Source: Nitrososphaerota archaeon
GTDB lineage: Archaea; Thermoproteota; Nitrososphaeria_A; Caldarchaeales; Calditenuaceae
Direction of reading: 5' to 3'
NCBI GenBank assembly: GCA_038845265.1
Contig: JAWBQR010000007.1
Coordinates: forward strand, 1 to 64,000
DNA length: 64,000 nt
Made by a program: the position numbers and the translations under genes. The first letter of the stretch is position 1. The number at the start of each line of letters is the position of its first letter. This document shows, piece after piece, positions 51,141 through 60,182 of the stretch. The notes beneath the pieces were generated by a model. It searched no databases. It saw only the letters and a list, made by a program, of their open reading frames with translations, and was not told the DNA's origin.

Positions 51141-54100
51141 ATGGATAATCATATCTCAGCAGTAATGCGGGCATCCACGCCGCTGGAGCTCTCAAAGTAC
51201 TATGAATACATCACCTCTAGGGTGAAGGAGGAGTATGAACTGGCCTCTAGGGTCAGGGCTGAGACGGGCTCCCCTGTCCCTGTAGTTGAGGTCTCGCTTC
51301 CATCCGATATGGCTGAGAGGGTCGAGGTTCTAGTAGGGCCTCGCGGCGTAGCCTCCCTGATAAGGGACCTCCTCGAGAAGTGCGATGAGGACATACTGCC
51401 ATTCAGGTTAGCGGAGACACTGCTGAAGAGGTATGATAGAATCAATGACGATGCCCTAAGCCAGGTCTTGAAGGTCTCATTGGCTGTCATGACTCCTCCA
51501 TGCATAACGGCTGCTCCAACCGAAGGCATCACAGGAGTAAAGATAAAGAAAAACAATGACGGCTCAAATTATCTTGCCGTTTATTTTGCTGGGCCTATTA
51601 GGTCGGCTGGCGGAACCGAGATTGCTGGCGCGGTGGTGCTTGCGGACTACATCAGGCGGCTCGCCGGCATCAGTAAGTATCAGCCGACAGACCAGGAGGT
51701 AAGGAGATACATCGAGGAGCTTAGGGTGTACCGAAGAAAGGTTGGGCGCTTCCAGTACAATGTCCCGGACGAGATAGTTGAGTTTGTCTTGAGAAGACTG
51801 CCCATCGAGATTACAGGGGTCGCTACAGACCCGATACCTGTGCCTGCGTATAAGGACTTACCGAGGGTCGAGACGCCCTATCTGAGGGGAGGAGCCCTGA
51901 GGGTGCTGAACGACGGAGTAATAGGCAGGGCCAAGAAGGTCCTAAAGATAGTCAAGGTCAGCGGGCTGGATGGCTGGGAGTGGCTTGAGGAGGTTGCCGC
52001 CAAGCTCAGCGAGGCCAAGTCAACTGGAAAAAACACTGGCCTAGACGACGTTGTTGGAGGCAGGCCGGTCCTCTCAACTCCAGGGAGATTTGGAGGATTC
52101 AGAATAAGGTATGGCAGGGCACCGACGACATCGATGGCGGCGCTAGGAATTCATCCATACACTATGAGACTCATGGAGAACTTCGTTGTAGCTGGAACAC
52201 AGCTGAGGATTGATTATCCCGGGAAGGGAGGAATAGCGGTGCCGGTCAGTAGCATCGAGCCCCCCGTCGTCATATTTAGAGACGGCTCAGTCATGAGAAT
52301 AGACAATGAGGAAAAACTCGCAGAGGCAGAGAGATCAGAGTACAAGATACTATTCAACGGAGACATACTCATAAGCTTTGGAGATTGTGTTGAGAATAAT
52401 GTAAAGCTTCAGCCGCCGGGATACTGCGAGGAGTGGTGGATACAGGAGGCGCTGCTCGAAGAGTCTCGTAAAGGACGTCTCAGCGACGAGGACCGCAGGT
52501 GGCTTGAGAAGATTCGGAGAGACCCGTACCGTATCATTCCGCCAGTGGAGGTTGCATGTAGGATAAGCCATAAGCTCGGCGTACCGATTCATCCCAGATT
52601 CATGCCATTCTGGGACCGTATCTCTGGAAGGGAGATTGAGAGGCTCAGGAGGTGGCTTGCCTCAGCGATACCTAAAGCTAGGAAGGGCTGGGGCATGTTA
52701 ATACTTGACTATGACCCAGAGGCGAAATCCATACTTGAGAAGATGCTGATAGAGCACTTAGTGCTTGACCACAAGATAGCGCTTGACCTTCACTGGGTCA
52801 AGTCCCTTAACTTTCTGTTCAGACCATTCATCAGGGTAGACGTCTCCAAGTCATCCGTGCCTGAGTTGATTAGTTCTCTGTCTGGGACATCCTTCAGGCC
52901 TAGAATGGGTAGCACGGTCTCAGCGAGGGTGGGCAGGCCTGAGAAGGCTGGACAACGGAGAATGAAGCCGCCGGTTCATGTACTCTTTCCAGTAGGGATG
53001 GCCGGTGGCCCCCAGAGAGACATAATCACCGCAGCAAATACTAGGTCAGTTGTCCTCGAACTCGTCAGGAGGGTGTGCCTAACATGCGGAGAGAAGACAT
53101 GGATGAACAGATGCAAGCACTGTGGAAAACCAACAGCAATGATGGCGGAGTGCCCCAGATGTGGAGCAGAATACATCGAGCCCGAGCAGGAGAAGTGTCC
53201 AAGATGTGGAGAAGAACTGAAGAGGACTTGGAAACAGCTCGTCAACTTGAAGGAACTCTACGAAAATGAGCTCATGAAGGCATATGAGCCTCCACCCCGA
53301 GTCCTCAAGGGCGTAAGGGCATTAACTAATAAGTCAAAGCAGCCCGAAGAGCTCTTAAAGGGAATTCTTAGGGCAAACCTGGGACTTTATGTCTACAAGG
53401 ATGGGACGATAAGATTTGACGCCGTTAATGCGCCGTTGACACACTTTACTCCCTCACAGATAGGTGTAAGCCCAGAGAGGCTCAGGGAGCTAGGCTACGA
53501 GAGAGACATATTTGGACAACCACTCGTCTCGCCGCACCAGATATGCGAGCTCCGAATACAGGACATAGTCGTCCAGAGAAGAATGGCTGAACATCTCTTC
53601 AACGTCTCAAAATTCATAGATAAGTACCTCAAGATAAATGGCTTCGATGAGTACTACAAGCTCCAGAGCGTCGAGGACGTTGTAGGAATAATGGTTGCAG
53701 TCTTGTCGCCCCACACCTATGGAGCCGTCGCCTGCAGGGTAATAGGAATCACGGATGCAAACGTCCTCTATGCCCATCCATTACTTCACGCAGCTAAGAG
53801 GAGAGACTGTGACGGAGACGAAGACAGCGTAATGCTACTATTAGATGTCTTCATCAATTTTAGCAGAGAGTACCTCCCAGACAGGATAGGCGGAGCAATG
53901 GATTCCCCCCTCCTCCTGACAGTGAAGGTTTATCCCGAAGAAGTTGACGAGCAGGCCCATAACGTCGATACTGCTTGGATTTATCCACTGGAGTTTTATG
54001 AAGCCGCGTCAAGGAAGGAACCCGCGTCAAGACTGATAGGAGTCATTCCAATAATCAAGAATTATCTCAATTATCCTGAGTGCTATTTTGGATTTGCCTA

Positions 54101-54575
54101 CACTGTGCCGACAGAAGATTTATCGACAAAGCCCCAGTCATCGGTTTACAAGAGGCTAAAAACAATGCTTGAGAAGGTCGAGGCGCAGTTAAGGCTCGCA
54201 GAGAAACTGGCGGCCGTGGATGAGAAGAGAGTTGCTGAACGCGTAATGGCCAGCCACATACTCCCAGACATCATGGGAAACATGAGGGCATTCTTCTCCC
54301 AATCCTTTAGATGTAAGAAATGTGGGGTCAGGGTGAGGAGGCCTCCGCTAAACGGTAAGTGCTACATTTGCGGAGGCGACGTTGTTCAGACCCTTTACCG
54401 AGGTGCAATCGAGAAATACGTAGAGCTTGCATCAGGGCTCCTAGAGAGATACATCGAGGACCCATACATTAGGGAAGGAGCATTGACTGCGATTGAGAAC
54501 ATCTACAGCGTCTTCAAGCCTAGGGGAGATAATCTCCAAGGCACTAGGCAGGCAACGCTTAAACGCTTCTTCTAG
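51141..54575 (+). CDS. polC: DNA polymerase D large (catalytic) subunit DP2
   Basis: YFAGPIRSAGGT, GGFRIRYGR, RVGRPEKA, KDGTIRFD, HAAKRRDCDGDED, Zn fingers, C-terminal PIP box QATLKRFF. Confidence 0.97.
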   Translation: MDNHISAVMRASTPLELSKYYEYITSRVKEEYELASRVRAETGSPVPVVEVSLPSDMAERVEVLVGPRGVASLIRDLLEKCDEDILPFRLAETLLKRYDRINDDALSQVLKVSLAVMTPPCITAAPTEGITGVKIKKNNDGSNYLAVYFAGPIRSAGGTEIAGAVVLADYIRRLAGISKYQPTDQEVRRYIEELRVYRRKVGRFQYNVPDEIVEFVLRRLPIEITGVATDPIPVPAYKDLPRVETPYLRGGALRVLNDGVIGRAKKVLKIVKVSGLDGWEWLEEVAAKLSEAKSTGKNTGLDDVVGGRPVLSTPGRFGGFRIRYGRAPTTSMAALGIHPYTMRLMENFVVAGTQLRIDYPGKGGIAVPVSSIEPPVVIFRDGSVMRIDNEEKLAEAERSEYKILFNGDILISFGDCVENNVKLQPPGYCEEWWIQEALLEESRKGRLSDEDRRWLEKIRRDPYRIIPPVEVACRISHKLGVPIHPRFMPFWDRISGREIERLRRWLASAIPKARKGWGMLILDYDPEAKSILEKMLIEHLVLDHKIALDLHWVKSLNFLFRPFIRVDVSKSSVPELISSLSGTSFRPRMGSTVSARVGRPEKAGQRRMKPPVHVLFPVGMAGGPQRDIITAANTRSVVLELVRRVCLTCGEKTWMNRCKHCGKPTAMMAECPRCGAEYIEPEQEKCPRCGEELKRTWKQLVNLKELYENELMKAYEPPPRVLKGVRALTNKSKQPEELLKGILRANLGLYVYKDGTIRFDAVNAPLTHFTPSQIGVSPERLRELGYERDIFGQPLVSPHQICELRIQDIVVQRRMAEHLFNVSKFIDKYLKINGFDEYYKLQSVEDVVGIMVAVLSPHTYGAVACRVIGITDANVLYAHPLLHAAKRRDCDGDEDSVMLLLDVFINFSREYLPDRIGGAMDSPLLLTVKVYPEEVDEQAHNVDTAWIYPLEFYEAASRKEPASRLIGVIPIIKNYLNYPECYFGFAYTVPTEDLSTKPQSSVYKRLKTMLEKVEAQLRLAEKLAAVDEKRVAERVMASHILPDIMGNMRAFFSQSFRCKKCGVRVRRPPLNGKCYICGGDVVQTLYRGAIEKYVELASGLLERYIEDPYIREGALTAIENIYSVFKPRGDNLQGTRQATLKRFF

Positions 54576-55377
54576 ATGCTTGACGGTTCGCCGCTACTTC
54601 CTTAGCAGCTTTAATTATTCTTCCAAGATCATCTATGCATCTCTCAGCTAGCGTTCCTGTGACTATCATATCGGCTCCCGCCTCAACTATTGTTCGAGCC
54701 TGCTCCGGAGTCCTGATGCCTCCGCCGACTATTAATGGAACATTGATGAGACTTTTCACAATTGATACTCCTTCGGGTGGCACTGGAGAGGCGGCTCCCG
54801 AGCCTGCCTCAAGGTATACAAGTCTCATTCCTAAGTATTGTGCGGCGAGTGCATATGAGGCTGCTATTAGTGGCTTACTGGCCGGGAGCGGAAAGACTCT
54901 GCCCATTACTGCTACAGATGTGTCTGAGCCGAAGACTATGTATCCCATCGGTATTGCCTCAAGTCCATACTCCTTGACGAGGAGCGATCCATGAATCTGA
55001 GCTCCAAGTATAAACCACCACTCAAGCGAGTTTAGTAAGGACATAAAGAAAATAGCATCTGCATGCTTACTTATCGCGTTGACGTTATTCGGAAAAATTA
55101 TCACGGGCAGCGATGTATTCTCCTTTATCGTCTTGATTGATTCGTCGAAACGCTCATGCGAATATACAGTAGAGCCTCCGACCATGAATGCATCCGTTCC
55201 CTGACCCTCCGCCATGCTTGCAAGCCTTGCGAGCTCCTCTAACTTCTGGTTCTCAGGGTCGAAGAGGGTCAGGTGGACGCATCCATCAGACTCTAGTCGC
55301 TCAAGTAGGTAACGCTCAGTCCTGCCGAGGCGGAGATGTTTAAACGCCTTAAACGAGGCCTCGGCGTTGCCTCGCAT
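54559..55377 (-). CDS. Geranylgeranylglyceryl phosphate synthase
   Basis: HLTLFDP, MVGGS, FMSLLNS, YLEAGSGA, IVGGGIR, GAD.IVTGT. Confidence 0.93.
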   Translation of the reverse strand: MRGNAEASFKAFKHLRLGRTERYLLERLESDGCVHLTLFDPENQKLEELARLASMAEGQGTDAFMVGGSTVYSHERFDESIKTIKENTSLPVIIFPNNVNAISKHADAIFFMSLLNSLEWWFILGAQIHGSLLVKEYGLEAIPMGYIVFGSDTSVAVMGRVFPLPASKPLIAASYALAAQYLGMRLVYLEAGSGAASPVPPEGVSIVKSLINVPLIVGGGIRTPEQARTIVEAGADMIVTGTLAERCIDDLGRIIKAAKEVAANRQASRRSV

Positions 55378-55381
55378 CGCT

Positions 55382-55777
55382 CTATCCCTCGGAGGATTGC
55401 TTCTCAGGGTTCTGCATTGTGTCTTCTGCCTCCTCAGCTGTCTCTACTGGTTCTTGGGGCTGGCTCTCGGATTCTTCCTCAATGGGCTCTTCTGCTTCCT
55501 CAACAATCATAGCCATCTTTTCGATCTCTCTTCTAAGGTCCTCTGGGCTTCTTCTGCCCGTCACGACGTCGTACCAGACGGAGTATGCATCTACCGGCAT
55601 GTAGCTGCGGTACCATGGTACTTCGTGGCTTACTCCGCAGTTGCCGCACTTGACGACTGCGATGTTGCGTCTCTCGACTGTTACTGTTACGGCTTGGGTA
55701 TTGCATAGTGGGCAGAGGTATACCTTTGGATAGGGCCTAGCCTGCTTTTTAATAATCTTCCGTCTCTTCCTACCCAT
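55382..55777 (-). CDS. elf1: Transcription elongation factor Elf1 with acidic C-terminal tail
   Basis: MGRKRRK, CPLC...CGNCG zinc ribbon, PVDAYSVWYD. Confidence 0.85.
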   Translation of the reverse strand: MGRKRRKIIKKQARPYPKVYLCPLCNTQAVTVTVERRNIAVVKCGNCGVSHEVPWYRSYMPVDAYSVWYDVVTGRRSPEDLRREIEKMAMIVEEAEEPIEEESESQPQEPVETAEEAEDTMQNPEKQSSEG

Positions 55778-55876
55778 CTATCCCATCTCTCGGACTAGAC
55801 GTTTGTGGTATATAAAAAACATGCACCTTTAATTCTGGAAAAGTTGAAATTGGTCCCCTAGCCTGGTGGTGATTGG

Positions 55877-56500
55877 TTGAGGATAATAGCCAGGCCGCCG
55901 GTCATCGGCGTCGTCATTCGGGACCATGCGTTGGCGATGAGGATAATAGATAATGCTCGCGAGCTTGGGTTTGAGACGCATTGGGCCGTTAGTATCGATG
56001 AGCTACCGCTTACTGCTCGCTACGTCGTGCTGAGTAGGACCGATGGAGAGGCAGATACTCATGGAAGGACTCCTATCTATGTCGAGGATTATCCATCCAT
56101 TGGATGCATGTTTCTTAACTTATTATCCAAGGAGCGGAGCGGGCAGGGACCGAGGAGAATCGAGGTCGCGATAGATCCTGGGAAAAACATCGGGCTGGCA
56201 CTGGCGATCGACGAGGTCATCATAGGAGTCGAGACTCACGTATCAATCGAGTCCCTAGTCAGGAGAATTGACGAGTTTTTAAAATGCTTCGGCAGAGATA
56301 GAGGGGCAGCGATATATGTGGGAGAGTCTGGGGGAGAGATGGCGCATGAAATCGTCGAGAAGTTAAAGAAGAGATTCATGAATGTAAGCATACTAATGAT
56401 ACCTGAGGAAGGCTCTAAGAAGACGGAGATCGGCATGAATCTTACAAAAGACGAGAAATCAGCCCTAGTGATTTACCAGAGAGCCAAATCCCAAGTATAG
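55877..56500 (+). CDS. Hypothetical protein with C-terminal RNase H-like (YqgF/RuvC-like) domain
   Basis: VAIDPGKNIGLA, IYVG, IPEEGS, D..SA..I. Confidence 0.5.
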   Translation: MRIIARPPVIGVVIRDHALAMRIIDNARELGFETHWAVSIDELPLTARYVVLSRTDGEADTHGRTPIYVEDYPSIGCMFLNLLSKERSGQGPRRIEVAIDPGKNIGLALAIDEVIIGVETHVSIESLVRRIDEFLKCFGRDRGAAIYVGESGGEMAHEIVEKLKKRFMNVSILMIPEEGSKKTEIGMNLTKDEKSALVIYQRAKSQV

Positions 56501-56570
56501 CGGCAGAGCTTAATGAATGTTCTCGGCTCAAACTAATTAATAGATTTAGCTTGGTAATAATTAGTGACGT

Positions 56571-56644
56571 GCGGCCGTGGTCTAGCCAGGTATGACGCGG
56601 GGGCCCCGGCCCCGATGTCCCGGGTTCAAATCCCGGCGGCCGCA
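56571..56644 (+). tRNA. tRNA-Gly-like gene (nominal anticodon CCC) with aberrant anticodon loop; possible pseudo-tRNA
   Basis: Acceptor GCGGCCG/CGGCCGC-A, normal D and T arms (CCGGG-TTCAAAT-CCCGG); anticodon arm CGGGG-GCCCCGG-CCCCG lacks U33. Confidence 0.75.
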
Positions 56645-56646
56645 CC

Positions 56647-57315
56647 TCATAGTATGTTAAAGCGGCTGAAGACTAGTAGTATCAGGAAGCTGACTAGGGG
56701 TACGGTTATGTTGTCGTCAAGCCACTTGTATTCGAACTTCTCGATGAGGGATGCAGCCACCCCGGATATCAGTCCGGGGATGCCTATGACGGCATATCCA
56801 ACAGGTGCACAGATAATCATCATTGCTATGTTTCCCCACCAGGACTTTGTCCTCCTCTTATAGATCGAGTTTCTGACGATTCCAGTAATGCCGTCTCCGA
56901 AGCTCATGAAGATTGTTGGCAACACTGCTAGCCAGATATTTCCGATCATGAAGCCGATTGTCATCACGACTCCCCACATGATTATGAAGTGGACTTCATA
57001 CATGTTGTCCTCGACTTGGTACCAGTAAAATAGTTTATTCATTCTGTGCGGAAGGTAGTTCCCAATTGCTAGTATCGCCACCATCAGTATAAGGAGCAGT
57101 GGCCCCTGGAATATGTATGGAACTAGAACCGCTATCAGTCCGCCAGTCAGCATATGCAGAATCTTTCGATTATAGTAAACAGCCACTCGTTGAGGAAAAC
57201 CCCTACTCAGGAAGTGGCTATATATTATTCTTGTCAAAAAATGAGAGACGAAAATCACCCAGAGAAAAAGTATAACCGCAAGAATAATCTCGCGTAGCTC
57301 AGGAATTAAAATCAT
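56647..57315 (-). CDS. Dolichol/phytol kinase-like membrane protein; start trimmed
   Basis: RKILHM..GG, FMSFGDGITG, KSWWG, DDNITVP. Confidence 0.8.
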   Translation of the reverse strand: MILIPELREIILAVILFLWVIFVSHFLTRIIYSHFLSRGFPQRVAVYYNRKILHMLTGGLIAVLVPYIFQGPLLLILMVAILAIGNYLPHRMNKLFYWYQVEDNMYEVHFIIMWGVVMTIGFMIGNIWLAVLPTIFMSFGDGITGIVRNSIYKRRTKSWWGNIAMMIICAPVGYAVIGIPGLISGVAASLIEKFEYKWLDDNITVPLVSFLILLVFSRFNIL

Positions 57316-57403
57316 GAGAGATGGATGAGTATTATTAAATTTAAGTCTTTTTAATCTAAAGAACAGTAGCAAGATATAATAGATGTGTCGTTGTATTATT
57401 GTT

Positions 57404-57946
57404 ATGCCTGGAGACATATTGTTTGAGCCGGTCTCAAAATATGTTAGACGTGGCTTTATTGTGCTTGAAGAGTCAAGCAGAGTTGAGGATGCTGTGAGAG
57501 CCATGAGGGAAAACGGCTATGGAAGCATCATAGTTACTAGTGGGGGTCGGCCAGTCGGTATTCTTACCGAGAGGGACGTTCTCTACCGAGTTGTAGCCGA
57601 GGGCAAAGACCCAAAAAATACTAGGATAGGCGAGGTCATGACGACTCCGCTGGTCACGGTCACTCCTGAGACAAAGGTAAGCGAGGCAATAGCACTAATG
57701 TCTAGTAAAGGCATCAGGAGGCTCGTCGTCACTTGTGGGGAAAAAATAATAGGAATCATCAGCTTAATGACGCTTGTCGGAGACTCCACTGGTAGGGCAA
57801 TCCTTCTTCCAGAGATCGAAGTGGAGGAGAGGGTTAAGTGTCCATATTGCGGAGCAGTCTTTGGGACTGTTGGTGAGCTCTCAAGACACATAGACAGGAT
57901 TCATATAGGGTTTGGTCTCCTTAGCGATGAGCGACTTAGGCATTAA
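57404..57946 (+). CDS. CBS-pair protein with C-terminal C2H2 zinc finger; start trimmed
   Basis: GILTERDV, VMTTPLVTV, IRRLVV; CPYC...LSRHIDRIH. Confidence 0.85.
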   Translation: MPGDILFEPVSKYVRRGFIVLEESSRVEDAVRAMRENGYGSIIVTSGGRPVGILTERDVLYRVVAEGKDPKNTRIGEVMTTPLVTVTPETKVSEAIALMSSKGIRRLVVTCGEKIIGIISLMTLVGDSTGRAILLPEIEVEERVKCPYCGAVFGTVGELSRHIDRIHIGFGLLSDERLRH

Positions 57947-58188
57947 GAAGCATTATCAGTACTTGTAAGTCTTTCAAGCTGCTCTTTAAGCTTTATATTT
58001 TCTAATAAAAGTTCATCTACTTTGTTCTGAAGATTCTCAATACTACTCATTAGTCGCCGCTTTTCCTCCTCAAGAATCACAAGCCTATTTGATAATTCTT
58101 GATTAATCTGCGTTATTGATATTAGTTTTTTCTTTATTTTTTCTGAGGCCTCAACAGGTAGTCCTGTTTCTCCATCAATCCAGCTCAT
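57943..58188 (-). CDS. Small coiled-coil protein at the end of the tail module
   Basis: Heptad Leu pattern; 5 bp after the adhesin stop. Confidence 0.55.
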   Translation of the reverse strand: MSWIDGETGLPVEASEKIKKKLISITQINQELSNRLVILEEEKRRLMSSIENLQNKVDELLLENIKLKEQLERLTSTDNAS

Positions 58189-58193
58189 ACCGT

Positions 58194-60182
58194 TTACACC
58201 AGCCCAATCATATCGATTATTGGTTTGCCTGAGAGGACTGTTATTATGCGTGCGGGGAAGTTGAAGTTTTGTGGCGCAATATATGAGTCCCCACTATTTT
58301 GAAGGTATATCATTGCTGATTTATGCTCATTTATCATTACTAAAGTATTGGCTTCTGTCGCCGTTACTCTTAATATGTACAACTCAGTGAAACCAAAATC
58401 TCTCGGCGTGACTGGATTCTTATTATAATATACATTGAATTGTGTAATTGCCCTCGTCGCTAATCCTGCACCCGCGGCCCATATCTCCCACCTGAGACTT
58501 GTCTCAAGTGGTATTCGTATGCGGGGAGCAGTGGCTGGGAGGACTACTATCTTTGTCTGTGAGGTCGCAGAACTAGTAGTGATTGGTATTGATAATGTAT
58601 AGTTATCAAATCCCGCGAACTCCATGCTGCTTGACGTTTGAGCCATGACTAATAGTCCAAGTATCGTGACTGCGGGAGCCTCTATGTCTATCGCCGTCCT
58701 TGTGCCCTCATATATCTTTGTGTATTGTACGCCGTCTATCTTGAAGCTCAGGTCTGTCGCCGTGTTTATTGTCCATGTGTTTCCCGCGTCCGTGGAGGTT
58801 ATGAAGTATTCGAGTAGGCCGGGTGGTGTGGTGCCTGTTCCTCCGTTTTGGACGCTGTATCTATTTGATGAGTCTCCGCCAATTGTGTAGGCCACGATGG
58901 CATATACAGTATCTGGCCTAAGCGCTACTGGTGTTGAGAGCGATACACTATACCATGCGGCCGATGTCCCGATAGATGTTGATTGTCCACTCGCTAATAC
59001 GGTTTCTCCTGGATAAATTCTCTTGGCATAAACTTTTAGAAATGTAGTTTTATCACTTGACTGCGTCCATCCATTTCCCTCGTTAATAAAAATTTTTGGT
59101 AAATCATTTTGATACCCAGCGCATATTTTGTAATAATTATCTGTGTCTCCCCCAGCCGCATGAAAAACTATGTAAAATGTTTTTTTACTATGATAAACTT
59201 TACTATAACTAAATACAGCAGTTATCCATGACAAGGCGTTAGGTATATTTTCTGGCGCTATTGTTGTGTATGCAATTAATTCTCCGTCGGGTTCTCCGCC
59301 CCGTAGCTCGACGATTAGGCCGCCGGGGTTTCCAACACGGCAGGCAAGAAATTCTATTTTACCGATATCATAATAAGTAGTAAATGGCATAGCTATTTTT
59401 CTTGAGCCATAAACTTGTTCGGGCTCGCTTGCTATGTAGACTTGGCAGGCATAGTCTCCAGAACCTTGATTCCATCCAGAACCATAATACCATGAGCCAG
59501 GAATTACATCACTACTATTATACTTCAAAGCTTTACCGCTGGATAATTGAATTGTGAAGTAGTAGCTTGTGTTTGCATCAAGTAGTGGCGGGTCTGATAA
59601 ATCAATATAGCAATAATTAGTGCCGTCACTATTGATTGAGGCCTGGATTGGGCCGTAAATAACTGTCCCGCCTGGCCCGCCCGTCCTAATGGTGAACGTT
59701 GCGGTGTTAGCTCCACCGCCAATTATGAATCCATACCTAAATGGAACAAATTTTTTAGTATATATTATTTCTTGAGAAAATTGAGTATAACCTATGGTGG
59801 TTGCATTATTTGCAGACACGGAATAAACTGGAGTAAAACTAGTTTCTAATATCGGGTTATCATCGGTCACTAATTCTTTAATGTCCCGAACCTCGACGAT
59901 AAGGGGATTCGGAGGCGAGCCAGCCTTTGCTCCATAGAGCTGGACAGCCGTGACCTTAAGTGCATTCTGAGGCGTAATAAATACTTGACCAATCATATTA
60001 GCTCCGTAAACAGGATTAGATGTCCCCGTATTTGCATTCTGAATCAGTGTAGCCGGTGTAGTTGAGACGCTCCACGACTTGGGAGTGTTGTCTGCGGTCT
60101 GCTCGCCCTCCACGGGGACTGCTTGGAGGTAGGGCCACCTAAGCGGCTGGCCCTCAAGCTCCGTATAGACTATCTGGCTCAT
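58194..60182 (-). CDS. Putative tail fibre/adhesin with repeated beta-sandwich domains
   Basis: T/S/G/Y-rich; repeated GQ.F...L....G.P..LIVE.R and Y.IV....GGD..N.Y motifs; follows the tail hub gene. Confidence 0.6.
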   Translation of the reverse strand: MSQIVYTELEGQPLRWPYLQAVPVEGEQTADNTPKSWSVSTTPATLIQNANTGTSNPVYGANMIGQVFITPQNALKVTAVQLYGAKAGSPPNPLIVEVRDIKELVTDDNPILETSFTPVYSVSANNATTIGYTQFSQEIIYTKKFVPFRYGFIIGGGANTATFTIRTGGPGGTVIYGPIQASINSDGTNYCYIDLSDPPLLDANTSYYFTIQLSSGKALKYNSSDVIPGSWYYGSGWNQGSGDYACQVYIASEPEQVYGSRKIAMPFTTYYDIGKIEFLACRVGNPGGLIVELRGGEPDGELIAYTTIAPENIPNALSWITAVFSYSKVYHSKKTFYIVFHAAGGDTDNYYKICAGYQNDLPKIFINEGNGWTQSSDKTTFLKVYAKRIYPGETVLASGQSTSIGTSAAWYSVSLSTPVALRPDTVYAIVAYTIGGDSSNRYSVQNGGTGTTPPGLLEYFITSTDAGNTWTINTATDLSFKIDGVQYTKIYEGTRTAIDIEAPAVTILGLLVMAQTSSSMEFAGFDNYTLSIPITTSSATSQTKIVVLPATAPRIRIPLETSLRWEIWAAGAGLATRAITQFNVYYNKNPVTPRDFGFTELYILRVTATEANTLVMINEHKSAMIYLQNSGDSYIAPQNFNFPARIITVLSGKPIIDMIGLV

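Noticed and set aside
51141-54575. Intein in DP2 (or in Cdc6)
   Set aside because: Lengths are normal and the usual insertion-site motifs (HAAKRRDCDGDED; GKT) are uninterrupted.
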